A DNA stretch of 64,000 nt from Candidatus Hydrogenedentota bacterium (GCA_012730105.1 JAAYBJ010000013.1:7288-71287), one strand, 5' to 3'. Positions 54,780-64,000 are shown, counted from the first letter of the stretch. Notes: generated from the sequence alone by a model not told the origin. Made by a program: numbers and translations.

Positions 54780-57224
54780 TTATTCTATAGCGCCAGGGTT
54801 TATATCAGTATTTTCATCTGTTGATTTACGTTCCGCCTCCTCAAGATAAAATCGGGCACAATCCAGAAAGGGATATTGCTCGAGTATAGATTTCCACTCT
54901 TCCCTGCATCGGGAAATACCGCCATACTTCAGAAAGAACTGGTTGAGCCGGGCAAAAAACACGAAAGAATCGGGATACAAGTCTATCAAGGCCAGACATT
55001 CTTGACGGGCCTTTTCCGGTTCTCCTTTTCTTTCCAACGCTTCCGCCAGCAGGAAAGTAAACTGGATGCTTCCAGGCTGCCGTAATAATGCCTCACGCGC
55101 CAGGGCCTCCGCCCGAAGCGGATCTTCCTCCCCCCTTATTTTCATCTCCTCGAGGAAGGGGTTGAACCCTTCATAAAGGGTATAAGGGCTCCATATACCG
55201 CCCGACTGCGGCAAGACAAGTGCCTGGAAATCCAGGAATTGCTCCGACCGATCCGGCACGGCCATATTGACCAACAGTCCGAAACCGTCCAAATCCACCG
55301 TCTGATAATAGCCGTCGAAAAAAACGGCCTGTTCTTTGGGCAACGACAGGCCGACAAAATGATTCCAGTCGGTGCAGGTGGAAGTTTCATGCACGGGAAA
55401 ATAATACTTGAAATCCGTCGGGCTGACCGGAGTTGTAAATCTGTAATTCGCGCGGGAACTGAAATCCCAGGAAAGTCCCTCCCACTCGTAAACAATACGG
55501 ATATCCAAGGGCCTATCTACCTGTTTAAAGGCAGCCGCCATACAGCGCGTTTCTATAGCCACAATCAACCCGTCTGTCTGGCATAAATGGCATGCGCGAC
55601 CTTCCTGGGGGATAAAAAGGATCCTGTCGTTCCAAGTTGTGGTGCGATAAGGCAACGATCTCAGGGGTGCCTCGGCGTACTGCCTTCGCAGGTCGCCCAC
55701 CGTGCCGGATTGCCACCACCGCGCGGCGGTGAGGGGCGCGTAAAGCATGAGACCCGCAGCCAGGGCAAACCCCATCCCCTTCAGTACCCCTTTGAGGCAA
55801 TTCCCCGCGATGCCGGACTTTGTTCGACTTTTTCGGCAACGCCAGATACCGATGCCACCCATTACCAGCCCCATAAGTTGACTGGCAACCAGACCCGCGA
55901 AGAAGTAGGGCAGAAAACTCATATGAAACGCATGCCTGAAAGCGAACTGAAGGCTGAGACAACCACAAAAGTAAAGAACCATGACGAGCATGAGCCAGGC
56001 CTGCAGCGGTTCGCGAAACGCCACCAGCAGCATCCCAGCGGCCATCAGCCCAATCCCCCAACTCTCCACCTGGTGGACCGGCGGCCAGGGGGAGGCCGTA
56101 ATGGCGGTGGCCATGCGCACCACGGCGGCATAGGCGCGCGCAATCATATCCGCCGGAAAAGTCCTGATGACGGCCATCACATAGGCTTGCTTCATTTCCA
56201 GGTCAAATTCAGGCTCATTACACCGTTTTCTGTAGACGTCCTCGGCGAATGTCACCCCCCTGCGCGCGCAATCATGAGCTTTCATCGTGCAATACAGGTC
56301 ATTCAACAGGTAATGTTTTTCATACGAAGCGGGATGGATAACCCCGAGTTCATGATCGGAATAGGATGCAAAGCCCATAATGGTGTCATGAGCCGCGACA
56401 TACCCGTCCCTGAACAATGCCTTGTGGACAGGCCATCCTGATGCAACGAAAAGAATCGCAATCATCGCCGCGGCGGCGGGGCGCCGCCAGAAAGACAGGC
56501 TACCTGGTTGAAGGCGGCAGACACAGATGAAGAAAATAGCCGCGGGAAGAAAGACCACCATGTCACGCCTGAATCCGATTCCAACGCCCAGCAGCAGTCC
56601 GGCCACCGCCGCCAAAGCCAGGTAACGGCGAGTGGTAAGCCTGTACTTTATGGCCGTCCCCAGAACGAGTATCAGCGCAAGTATAAACGGCGCCTTGACG
56701 AAATCACGCAAAATCGGCAGGGTCCATAACACCGCCGGCGCGAAGATAAAGGCCGTCGCGGCAGCGAGACTGAACACGGGATTCATCGCCAGCCGGCAAA
56801 TGCCATAAACGGCGATCGCAGCAAGAAAGAAATAGAAAAGGATAAGAACCTTTACGGCGTCCCAGTTCACCCCGAAGATTCGCCAGACGCCTGCCACACT
56901 ATATATCAGATACCGATGGTATTCCTGAAAAGGGTGCAGCGGCCGGATTTCAAGACTGTCCCGGATCAGCTCCGGATCAAAGGCCTGCGCACGGAAATCC
57001 AGGAAAGCGCGCAGTTCCGGAAGTTCAGAAGGCTCCACATTTGTAAAGCCCCTGCCGCCGTTCAGCATAATGGCGGGCACAAAAAGGTCATTGGAAAGGG
57101 AAGCCGCCGGGCCAGTCCACCCCTCTAAACGCGCAGAACCCGCCTGCCAGACCAAAACACCCACAATGACTGCACAGGCAAGTTCCATCCCGATTCGGAT
57201 GGTAATTCCCAATTTATTTTTCAT
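54780..57224 (-). CDS. Polytopic GT-C-like membrane protein with a C-terminal soluble and TPR-like region
   Basis: About 13 TM helices in the first ~500 aa are followed by a soluble domain. The helical-repeat tail reads FTFLLAEALERKGEPEKARQECLALIDLYPD. Confidence 0.6.
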   Translation of the reverse strand: MKNKLGITIRIGMELACAVIVGVLVWQAGSARLEGWTGPAASLSNDLFVPAIMLNGGRGFTNVEPSELPELRAFLDFRAQAFDPELIRDSLEIRPLHPFQEYHRYLIYSVAGVWRIFGVNWDAVKVLILFYFFLAAIAVYGICRLAMNPVFSLAAATAFIFAPAVLWTLPILRDFVKAPFILALILVLGTAIKYRLTTRRYLALAAVAGLLLGVGIGFRRDMVVFLPAAIFFICVCRLQPGSLSFWRRPAAAAMIAILFVASGWPVHKALFRDGYVAAHDTIMGFASYSDHELGVIHPASYEKHYLLNDLYCTMKAHDCARRGVTFAEDVYRKRCNEPEFDLEMKQAYVMAVIRTFPADMIARAYAAVVRMATAITASPWPPVHQVESWGIGLMAAGMLLVAFREPLQAWLMLVMVLYFCGCLSLQFAFRHAFHMSFLPYFFAGLVASQLMGLVMGGIGIWRCRKSRTKSGIAGNCLKGVLKGMGFALAAGLMLYAPLTAARWWQSGTVGDLRRQYAEAPLRSLPYRTTTWNDRILFIPQEGRACHLCQTDGLIVAIETRCMAAAFKQVDRPLDIRIVYEWEGLSWDFSSRANYRFTTPVSPTDFKYYFPVHETSTCTDWNHFVGLSLPKEQAVFFDGYYQTVDLDGFGLLVNMAVPDRSEQFLDFQALVLPQSGGIWSPYTLYEGFNPFLEEMKIRGEEDPLRAEALAREALLRQPGSIQFTFLLAEALERKGEPEKARQECLALIDLYPDSFVFFARLNQFFLKYGGISRCREEWKSILEQYPFLDCARFYLEEAERKSTDENTDINPGAIE

Positions 57225-57234
57225 GGATCGTTTT

Positions 57235-58482
57235 CTATTCAAGCGGATGAATAACGCCGCCCAGATCCTCAAAGATTAAGGAGGAATCGCCGTGAAAGAA
57301 ATCCGTGGCGGCAAAAGTGGCCCGGTCTATCTGGACCTCAACGACCCTTGTCGGCGGTTTTCCGGAATCTTTGTTTTCATCCAGAAAGATATATCCGCGA
57401 AATCCAATGGCAGCCAGCGCGACGGCAGTATCAACGGCAAAAAGTTCGTAAAACACAGACAAGGGCAACTCATGGAGCAAGCGGGCATACAAGGAGTTCC
57501 GCTCCCCCTCAGTCAAAATAATTTCGTGAAACAGGTCATCCTCTTCGTTATAGAGCACCCGCGCCAGCCTGGGCAAAGCGCGTAAAGGCGGCATCAGATA
57601 ATCGATGATAAGGGCCCTATTGTTTACATAGTAGTCCAATTCGAAACTATGGGGAAAACAGAATGGATAAGAGAAATGGGCAAGCGCCATGTCAAAATAA
57701 TCAAGGACGGCATGGGGTTCATGCTCAAGATAAGCCGCTTTTTTGTGTTCCACCATGCGTATGCACGCCTCGCGTTCACGCATAAAAACGGCGTTACCCT
57801 GTTCCCAGGCCTGTACCTGGCGCTCGTGTTGCGCTTTCCGTGCGTCAACGGTGCTCTTGTATTGAAGCAGTTGCTGCTGGTAGGCATGTTTTATCTGCGC
57901 ACACATGCGTTCCCATTGGGCATGGACGGCTTCAAAACGGGCGCGCGCCTCTTGTTCCTTCTGAAGGCGCCTCCCCGGCCTCAAGGAATCCATCGTTTCC
58001 AATTTGGGCTGAAAAGTACTGTCGGTCGGACTGGGTTCGCGCGGCAGCAGGGGCCTGGCCGGGGGAGGCGGAAGATCATTCAACTCCGGCTTTGGGAAGG
58101 GATATTCCGCGCAACTTTTAAAGAATTCCCAATCGAAATTGGCGCCCGCTTCAAGTCTTTGGGCCAGGACATTGTAGGCGGCATTGAGTTCATACTGGGC
58201 GATATTGGTACGCCCCTCGGCAATCTTATGTTTCTGGCCCACCTTCAGCCCGGAGCGCTTGCCGTTCATTTCCAGGCCCAGTTTCTTGTGCTTCAGCGCC
58301 GCCCGCTCCTGCCACTGATCCGCCCAGATCATCTCCTGCAGGGTCGCTTTATGGATGGCAAATTCCGGTGTGTCGGAAGAGATATTCCGATGCTTGTTCA
58401 TTTGCGCGCATTGCACCGGAAGACGATAGCGCTTCAGGCCGGAAGGAGTCGTATAGGTATTTACTGTTGATTTATCGTACAT
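57235..58482 (-). CDS. Hypothetical protein (Pro-rich segment, Q/E/R-rich coiled-coil-like centre, C-terminal globular domain)
   Basis: Long ORF with coding-like composition. ATG at 58482 (the track uses GTG at 58491). It ends 10 nt before the next gene. No catalytic motif recognised. Confidence 0.55.
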   Translation of the reverse strand: MYDKSTVNTYTTPSGLKRYRLPVQCAQMNKHRNISSDTPEFAIHKATLQEMIWADQWQERAALKHKKLGLEMNGKRSGLKVGQKHKIAEGRTNIAQYELNAAYNVLAQRLEAGANFDWEFFKSCAEYPFPKPELNDLPPPPARPLLPREPSPTDSTFQPKLETMDSLRPGRRLQKEQEARARFEAVHAQWERMCAQIKHAYQQQLLQYKSTVDARKAQHERQVQAWEQGNAVFMREREACIRMVEHKKAAYLEHEPHAVLDYFDMALAHFSYPFCFPHSFELDYYVNNRALIIDYLMPPLRALPRLARVLYNEEDDLFHEIILTEGERNSLYARLLHELPLSVFYELFAVDTAVALAAIGFRGYIFLDENKDSGKPPTRVVEVQIDRATFAATDFFHGDSSLIFEDLGGVIHPLE

Positions 58483-58609
58483 AGCAAACACACCGGCGAC
58501 ACGCTCGCCGGCCCCGTTCCGAATACCTCTGGTTTTGACTTAACACGCGCTTCGATGTACGACGCAGTTCCTTTCATTTCGGGCTTCCCTTCTCCACCCG
58601 TACACTATA

Positions 58610-59467
58610 TCATGAATCCTGTTTTATTTTACCTGTATTGATATCCGTTTCCAAATTCCACCCATGATGCAGCGGGCCCGTTCCAGAGCCAAGGCCAAGA
58701 TGCATGCCATGTAAAATGGCGCAGGTCAAATAGTTTTTGGCCAGATGAACCGCCCGGGGAACCGATTCACCCAATCCCAGGAAACAGGCAATGGCCGCCG
58801 AGTAGGTGCAGCCGGTACCATGGGTATGCACGGTTTGCAGGCGTTCAGCCGTGAAGGTAGTAATTGTGTCACCGTCAAAGAGATAATCCACGGCCGTTTC
58901 CGCTTGCAAATGCCCCCCTTTCAGCAACACGAACTCCGGCCCCATGCCGTGCAATATATGCAGCGCCCGCGTTATCTCCTCTGCGGTTTCAATCCTTATT
59001 CCGGAAAGAACCTCGGCTTCCGGGATATTGGGGGAAAGCACGGCGGACAAGGGCAACAACAGGCGTTTCAGGGCTTCCACAGCGTCTTGTTTCAGCAAGG
59101 CCGCGCCGCTTTTGGAAATCATTACGGGATCCACCACGACAGGAGCGCTTTTGTAGCGTCTCAAACCGTCCGCGACCGCCTCAATAATCGCTTCACTGGA
59201 AAGCATGCCGGTTTTGACCGCGTCAACGCCAATATCCTCAAACACGGCTGCAATCTGGTCCCGCACGCACGGGGCCGGCACTTCATGTATGGCACGGACG
59301 CCCAGGGTATTCTGGGCGGTAATGGCCGTGATGGCCGTCATTCCATAGCATCCAAGGGCGGTGCAGGTTTTCAGATCGGCCTGTATTCCGGCCCCGCCGC
59401 CGCTATCGCTGCCGGCAATGGTCAGGATCCGTGCCGGTTTAACTCGCCGGTTTAACTCCGATTGCAT
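58610..59467 (-). CDS. thiD: Hydroxymethylpyrimidine/phosphomethylpyrimidine kinase
   Basis: ILTIAGSDSGGGAGIQADLKT N-terminus and GTGCTYSAAIA C-terminal motif. Confidence 0.9.
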   Translation of the reverse strand: MQSELNRRVKPARILTIAGSDSGGGAGIQADLKTCTALGCYGMTAITAITAQNTLGVRAIHEVPAPCVRDQIAAVFEDIGVDAVKTGMLSSEAIIEAVADGLRRYKSAPVVVDPVMISKSGAALLKQDAVEALKRLLLPLSAVLSPNIPEAEVLSGIRIETAEEITRALHILHGMGPEFVLLKGGHLQAETAVDYLFDGDTITTFTAERLQTVHTHGTGCTYSAAIACFLGLGESVPRAVHLAKNYLTCAILHGMHLGLGSGTGPLHHGWNLETDINTGKIKQDS

Positions 59468-62115
59468 TATGAATTGCCGCTTTTTTTCGTTCTCACCGAT
59501 TTTTTTGCCGGGGCTTTTCTTTTCCGCACCACCCTCGTACCTTTTTTCTCAGCGGCTTCCAGAAGAAGCGTCACTGCCGACTCCAGGGTGACTTCATCGG
59601 CGGATACCGTTTTCGGAAGGGAGGCGTTTACCTTGCCGTCCGTCACATAAGGTCCGTACCGTCCCTCGTACAGTTCTATGGCGCTTTCATCCTCGCTTTT
59701 TTCGCGCAGGGTGCGCAGCAGTTTCTTGGCGCCACGACTGTTCTTGGGCTGCGCAAGCATCGTTAGCGCCTCTTCCAGAGTTACGGTGAACAAAAGGGAG
59801 GCGTCCAGACTGCGGAAGTCACCATCATGCACCACGTACGGGCCAAAGCGTCCAATGCTGACCGTCACGGGTTTGCCTGTTTCCGGATGCACGCCGAGTT
59901 CACGGGGAAGATTCAGCAACTGCAGCGCTTTTTCAAAGGATACGTCGTCGGGTTTCATGCCCCGGGGCAGACTTACCCGCTTAGGTTTACCCTCTTCGTC
60001 ACCCTCCCCGCGCTGCACATAGGGCCCGTACGGCCCCTCAAGAAGAAATACCCGTTTCCCGGTCGTCGGACACGTACCCAGCCCCTCTTCCCGCTGGGCT
60101 TTGCTGCTCAGTATCTCAAGCGCCCTTTCCGCATTCAGTTCATCGTAATACACCTTCTCCGGAATAGACGCGGAAACGGTTTCCTCCCCCTGGCCGCATT
60201 GCAGAAAGGGGGTTGTTTTCCCAAGGCGTATGACAATCTTGTTTCCATTTTCGTCCGCGCCGATAGGAATGGCGGGAAATTCAATGGACTCAAAGGAGCG
60301 TTCCACCCGCGGCTTAAGACCGTTATCCTGACGGGGCGAATCCCCGTAATAAAAAGCCTTCAGGAAGGCAAGCCAGTCCTGCCTTCCCTCGGCGATATCG
60401 TCCAGGGTGTCTTCCATGCGCGATGTAAATCCGAGATCCACATAGTCCGAGAAATGCTCCCGCAACAGGAAGATGACGGCAATACCCAGGTAGGTAGGCG
60501 CCAGGGCGGTGCCCACGCGTTCCACGTATCCCCGCTGCTGAATCACCGCCACCGTCGGCGCATAGGTCGAAGGGCGCCCGATGCCTTCCTCCTCCAGGCG
60601 CCGCACCAGCGAGGCTTCCGTATACCGGGCGGGAGCCTGGGTTTCATGGGAGACGGGCGTCAGGTCATTCAGGAAAATATCCGCATCGCTGGACGCCGCC
60701 ACGGTCATACCTTCCTGTATCCGGGGCAGTTCACTCTCTTTCTGACGGTCGTTCATGACCTTAAGAAAACCCGGAAACAACACCACGGAGCCGTTGGCCC
60801 GCAGAACCGCGGAATTCCCCGCCCCCTGCGCCGCAATATCCACCGTAGTGCGCATGACCCTGGCATCCGCCATCTGGGAGGCGATGGTGCGGTTCCAGAT
60901 TATCTGGTACATGCGTAATTCGTCCCGATTCAGATAGCGGGCCAGTGAATCCGGCGTGTGATGAAGATGGGTGGGACGAATCGCTTCGTGCGCTTCCTGG
61001 GCCATCTTTGATTTTGTCGTGTACTGGCGGCGCGTATGATGGTCCTCGCCGTAGTGCTTTTTAATGAATGCCGCCGCATCCTGCAGGGCTTTCTCGCTCA
61101 GCACCACGGAGTCCGTACGCATGTAGGTAATAATACCCTCGCGTGTGCCTTCGCCGATGTCCACCCCTTCGTACAGTTTCTGGGCGATCTGCATGGTTTT
61201 GCGGGGCGAGAATCCGAGAAGACTGCTCGCCGCCTGCTGCAGCGTCGAGGTGATGAAAGGCGGATAAGGACGCAGGGCGCTTTCCTTCTCCTCCAGGGAG
61301 GACACCCGCCACGGCGTTTCGGCGCGCAAGGACTCCACCAGCGCCCGTATTTTCTTTTCATCCAGCCAGACCGGCGTGGAACCGTTTCCTTCTTTCAACC
61401 GACCTGTTGCCTGGTCAAAATCCTTGCCGCCCGCAATACGCTGCCCATTGAGGCTGACCAGGGTTGCCTTGAATGTCTTGTCGTCCCGGGTCAGTTCCGC
61501 CTCCGCGTCCCAATATCCGGCCTTGACGAAAGCGCGCCGTTCCTCTTCGCGTTCCACAACGAGACGCAGCGCCACGCTCTGAACCCGGCCGGCGCTCAGT
61601 TTTCCCCTGATTTTACGCCACAACACGGGCGACAGTTCATACCCGAAAAGGCGGTCCAGTATGCGCCTGGTTTCCTGGGCGCGAACCAGTTGGTCATTAA
61701 CGGCACGGGGCGAACCCATCGCATCTTCAATGGCTTCCCGGGTAATTTCATGGAAGGCGATACGTTTTACGGGAACCTTCGGGTGAAGCACTTCAAGCAG
61801 ATGCCAGCTGATGGATTCCCCTTCACGGTCCTCATCGGTGGCCAGTATGACCTCTTCCGCTTCCTTGCTGTACTTCTTCAATTCGGCAATCTGGCGCTTG
61901 CTATCCTTTTGTATTACGTAAATGGCGGAGAAATCCTCATCCACATTGACGCCAAGACGCGACCAGGAGGCATTTTTGAACTCTTTGGGTATTTCGCTGG
62001 CCGATTTCGGCAGGTCGCGCACATGGCCATAACTGGCCAGCACTTTGTAATCTTTGCCCAGAAATTTGCCAATCGTTGTCGCCTTCGCGGGCGATTCCAC
62101 AATAACAAGTTTCAA
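59467..62115 (-). CDS. topA: DNA topoisomerase I
   Basis: Toprim start KLVIVESPAKATTIGKFLG and catalytic Tyr region GIITYMRTDS. C-terminal GPYV repeats and a K/R-rich tail. TTG start 9 nt after AAGAGGA. Confidence 0.95.
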   Translation of the reverse strand: MKLVIVESPAKATTIGKFLGKDYKVLASYGHVRDLPKSASEIPKEFKNASWSRLGVNVDEDFSAIYVIQKDSKRQIAELKKYSKEAEEVILATDEDREGESISWHLLEVLHPKVPVKRIAFHEITREAIEDAMGSPRAVNDQLVRAQETRRILDRLFGYELSPVLWRKIRGKLSAGRVQSVALRLVVEREEERRAFVKAGYWDAEAELTRDDKTFKATLVSLNGQRIAGGKDFDQATGRLKEGNGSTPVWLDEKKIRALVESLRAETPWRVSSLEEKESALRPYPPFITSTLQQAASSLLGFSPRKTMQIAQKLYEGVDIGEGTREGIITYMRTDSVVLSEKALQDAAAFIKKHYGEDHHTRRQYTTKSKMAQEAHEAIRPTHLHHTPDSLARYLNRDELRMYQIIWNRTIASQMADARVMRTTVDIAAQGAGNSAVLRANGSVVLFPGFLKVMNDRQKESELPRIQEGMTVAASSDADIFLNDLTPVSHETQAPARYTEASLVRRLEEEGIGRPSTYAPTVAVIQQRGYVERVGTALAPTYLGIAVIFLLREHFSDYVDLGFTSRMEDTLDDIAEGRQDWLAFLKAFYYGDSPRQDNGLKPRVERSFESIEFPAIPIGADENGNKIVIRLGKTTPFLQCGQGEETVSASIPEKVYYDELNAERALEILSSKAQREEGLGTCPTTGKRVFLLEGPYGPYVQRGEGDEEGKPKRVSLPRGMKPDDVSFEKALQLLNLPRELGVHPETGKPVTVSIGRFGPYVVHDGDFRSLDASLLFTVTLEEALTMLAQPKNSRGAKKLLRTLREKSEDESAIELYEGRYGPYVTDGKVNASLPKTVSADEVTLESAVTLLLEAAEKKGTRVVRKRKAPAKKSVRTKKSGNS

Positions 62116-62485
62116 AATATGGATTCCTCTTGGTGAAGATAAGGCCTTAAGACAACATGAAATTCCGGCGGCAACGGGCGCCGCCTGCCCGCCAGACGGA
62201 AGAAAGACTTACGAAAACTATGGTTAAGTCCGAGGAAACGAAAATATACACCAGAACGCCCTGAAAAAACAACCCCTCCTTTGAAAGACCCGATTCCAAG
62301 AGCACTAAATCATCGGATAATGCTATTTTTTGCTTGTGGTCTTGGTTATTTTTAGTAAGGATCATCAGCATGCAATATGCTAATTTTTAAGATAGGATCT
62401 CCGCTTGATCTTCTCCCCCATTTCCTGCATAATTAGAACCAGAGAAGACCCTCGTTTTCACACCTCAATCCGAAAGGATTCTCCC

Positions 62486-63358
62486 ATGAAAGCCGACCTT
62501 GACTGTCTGGAGTGTATCGTTAAACAGGCCCTGCGCGCCGCCCGAATTGCCGGTGACGATCCGGTAAAGCAACGCCAGGTGATCGACCGTGTTGTCGCGG
62601 ACATACCCGGTATGGATCTGAACGATTCTCCGGCGGTTTTATCGCTGAACGCCTATCGCTATGTGCATGAAATATTTGGTGTTAGTGATGCCTACCGCGC
62701 GATGAAAGAAGAACAAAACCGCATGGCCCTTTCCCTTGAACCGGAACTGGAAACTCTGATTCAGACAAGTGCGGAACCCCTGATTACGGCCATTCGTCTG
62801 GCAGCAGCCGGGAATATTATTGATTTGGGTATTTTGCAGTCCCACGAAATCGACCCGCACAAGGCGATCAACCAGGCCATGTCGGCCCCCCTCGCCCTGG
62901 AACACACCGACCTCTTTCTCCGCGATCTTGAGCATTGCACCGACCTTCTCTATCTGCTTGACAACGCCGGAGAAATCGTTTTCGACAAGGTGCTCATACG
63001 GGAACTCGTCAAGCACACCCAGGTAACCGCCGTGGTGAAGGGCGGGCCCATTATCAATGACGCCTGCCTGGCGGACGCGGAACAGGTGGGGCTGACCGAA
63101 GTCTGCGAGGTAATCGACAATGGCGGCGCTTTTGTGGGATCGCCCTTAAAATTGATTCCGCCCGCGTTCCTGGAACGAATGCAGCGCGCGGACATCATCC
63201 TGGGCAAAGGGCAGGGCAATTATGAAACCGTGGATGATTTCAACGGCAACGTCTACCTGTTATTGAAGATGAAGTGCCCTATTGTGGCCGGACACTGCGG
63301 TGTTCCGCTGGGCAAAGCGGCCTTCGTTTCCACCCGGGCGCGAGGGCTTTCTGCCTGA
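62486..63358 (+). CDS. DUF89 / ARMT1-type damage-control phosphatase family protein
   Basis: MKADLDCLECIVKQ start, with LLDNAGEIVFD and KGQGNYE metal-site motifs. Confidence 0.7.
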   Translation: MKADLDCLECIVKQALRAARIAGDDPVKQRQVIDRVVADIPGMDLNDSPAVLSLNAYRYVHEIFGVSDAYRAMKEEQNRMALSLEPELETLIQTSAEPLITAIRLAAAGNIIDLGILQSHEIDPHKAINQAMSAPLALEHTDLFLRDLEHCTDLLYLLDNAGEIVFDKVLIRELVKHTQVTAVVKGGPIINDACLADAEQVGLTEVCEVIDNGGAFVGSPLKLIPPAFLERMQRADIILGKGQGNYETVDDFNGNVYLLLKMKCPIVAGHCGVPLGKAAFVSTRARGLSA

Positions 63359-63519
63359 TAATCCGCCCTGAGTAAACGGCTTCCGCACAAGACTTCCCGT
63401 AGTGAACATTTTCACCTGAACCTGGGTATAAGCAATTCATTTCCAACCAGATAACAGAGGAAGATGGTCGCTTAATTGTGGATGCCATCATGATTCCGAT
63501 GTCTTGCCCTCATCCATTG

Positions 63520-63605
63520 TGTCGCCCAAATGTCGCAAGTTGTGTCGCAAGATTGTCGTTAGTTGTGTCGCAAACATTGTCGCAAACATGTCGCAAACAT
63601 GTCGC
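63520..63605. repeat. Tandem array, 8 copies of TGTCGC at an alternating 11/12-bp period
   Basis: TGTCGC (one copy TGTCGT) starts at 63520, 63531, 63543, 63554, 63566, 63578, 63589 and 63600. The last three units are tgtcgcaaaca. Confidence 0.9.
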
Positions 63606-63722
63606 GAAGATTATGTCCCTGCTACCAAGCGGTAAATGAGTTGGTGGGTCTCACCTTCGGCCAACGCTTATGGCTACTCTTCGAACACGGGGCCAAAACC
63701 ACAGCAATCGCGCGTGGTTAGG

Positions 63723-64000
63723 CTAGTGAGTCCAAGAACCGCTGTAGCCACCTGAATCCGGAGGGTAAAACTTGCGAAGCCAGCCTTTATCACTCCCCGA
63801 CCAATCATTGAGATACTCCAGTGCCCATCTCGGGAAAGCATCATCTTCGGAATGCTTCCGTATTTCAAATAGTTGGGCCTCCAACAGTTCCACAATATCT
63901 GCCTGAGAAACAGACCGCACATTCTGCCTGACAAAAACACTGTGCAAAAAACTCGCCACCAGCGGCGCATAATCAGATCGCAGCAGTCGGCATGCAGGCT
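63723..64000 (-). pseudogene. N-terminal fragment of a DUF3375 / JetA (Wadjet kleisin-like) gene, apparently truncated
   Basis: The frame is open from the window edge. The translation is ...LLRSDYAPLVASFLHSVFVRQNVRSVSQADIVELLEAQLFEIRKHSEDDAFPRWALEYLNDWSGSDKGWLRKFYPPDSGGYSGSWTH*. From memory, this matches the conserved N-terminus of ~480-aa DUF3375 proteins. Confidence 0.5.

Noticed and set aside
63520-63605. CRISPR array? The same question applies to the other tandem arrays.
   Set aside because: The repeats are 9-13 bp, head to tail, with no 25-40-bp unique spacers. No cas genes are present in the window.
63676-63695. tRNA-like fragment (ttcgaacacggggcc) that might mark an att site related to tRNA-Gly
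   Set aside because: It shares only 8 nt (CCCCGTGT) with the tRNA-Gly 3' half, which is within chance expectation for 64 kb. No T-arm pairing is possible.

Overview
This is a 64-kb chromosomal window, moderately GC-rich by eye and densely coding. I call about 46 protein genes and one tRNA-Gly(CCC). I see no rRNA, CRISPR array, integrase, transposase or intact defence system.

Housekeeping genes are present: the 3' end of dnaB, dapA, mdh, hisS, topA, thiD, aqpZ, a gmhA-like SIS gene and an RlmD/TrmA-type RNA methyltransferase. They are interleaved with many signal-peptide proteins related to glycan breakdown: two GH2 enzymes, two BNR/Asp-box sialidase-like propellers, a Kelch NanM-like protein, a DUF1080 protein, a five-bladed-propeller hydrolase and two large paralogous unknown glycosidase-like proteins. 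There is also a sodium:solute symporter and three very large polytopic GT-C-like membrane proteins, two of them with TPR tails. This gene content suggests a glycan-degrading member of the PVC superphylum, but that is inference only.

The most unusual observations, all made by eye, are:
1. DnaB ends in a disordered acidic tail whose tip, EEEIPF, mimics the SSB C-terminal docking peptide.
2. Five separate intergenic arrays of short head-to-tail repeats have periods of 9-13 bp, close to one helical turn. All lie just past gene 3' ends, and three share an NGGAC core.
3. A family of ~50-nt double-palindrome units has a fixed 30-nt centre-to-centre spacing. It occurs three times, upstream of secreted hydrolase genes.
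4. A sialidase-like locus is bracketed by two divergent paralogues of an uncharacterised three-domain enzyme.
5. A truncated JetA (DUF3375, Wadjet)-like remnant sits at the right edge.

Functional calls rest on motif recognition from the translated ORF track. No database search was possible. Start codons were refined by hand from RBS spacing and signal peptides.
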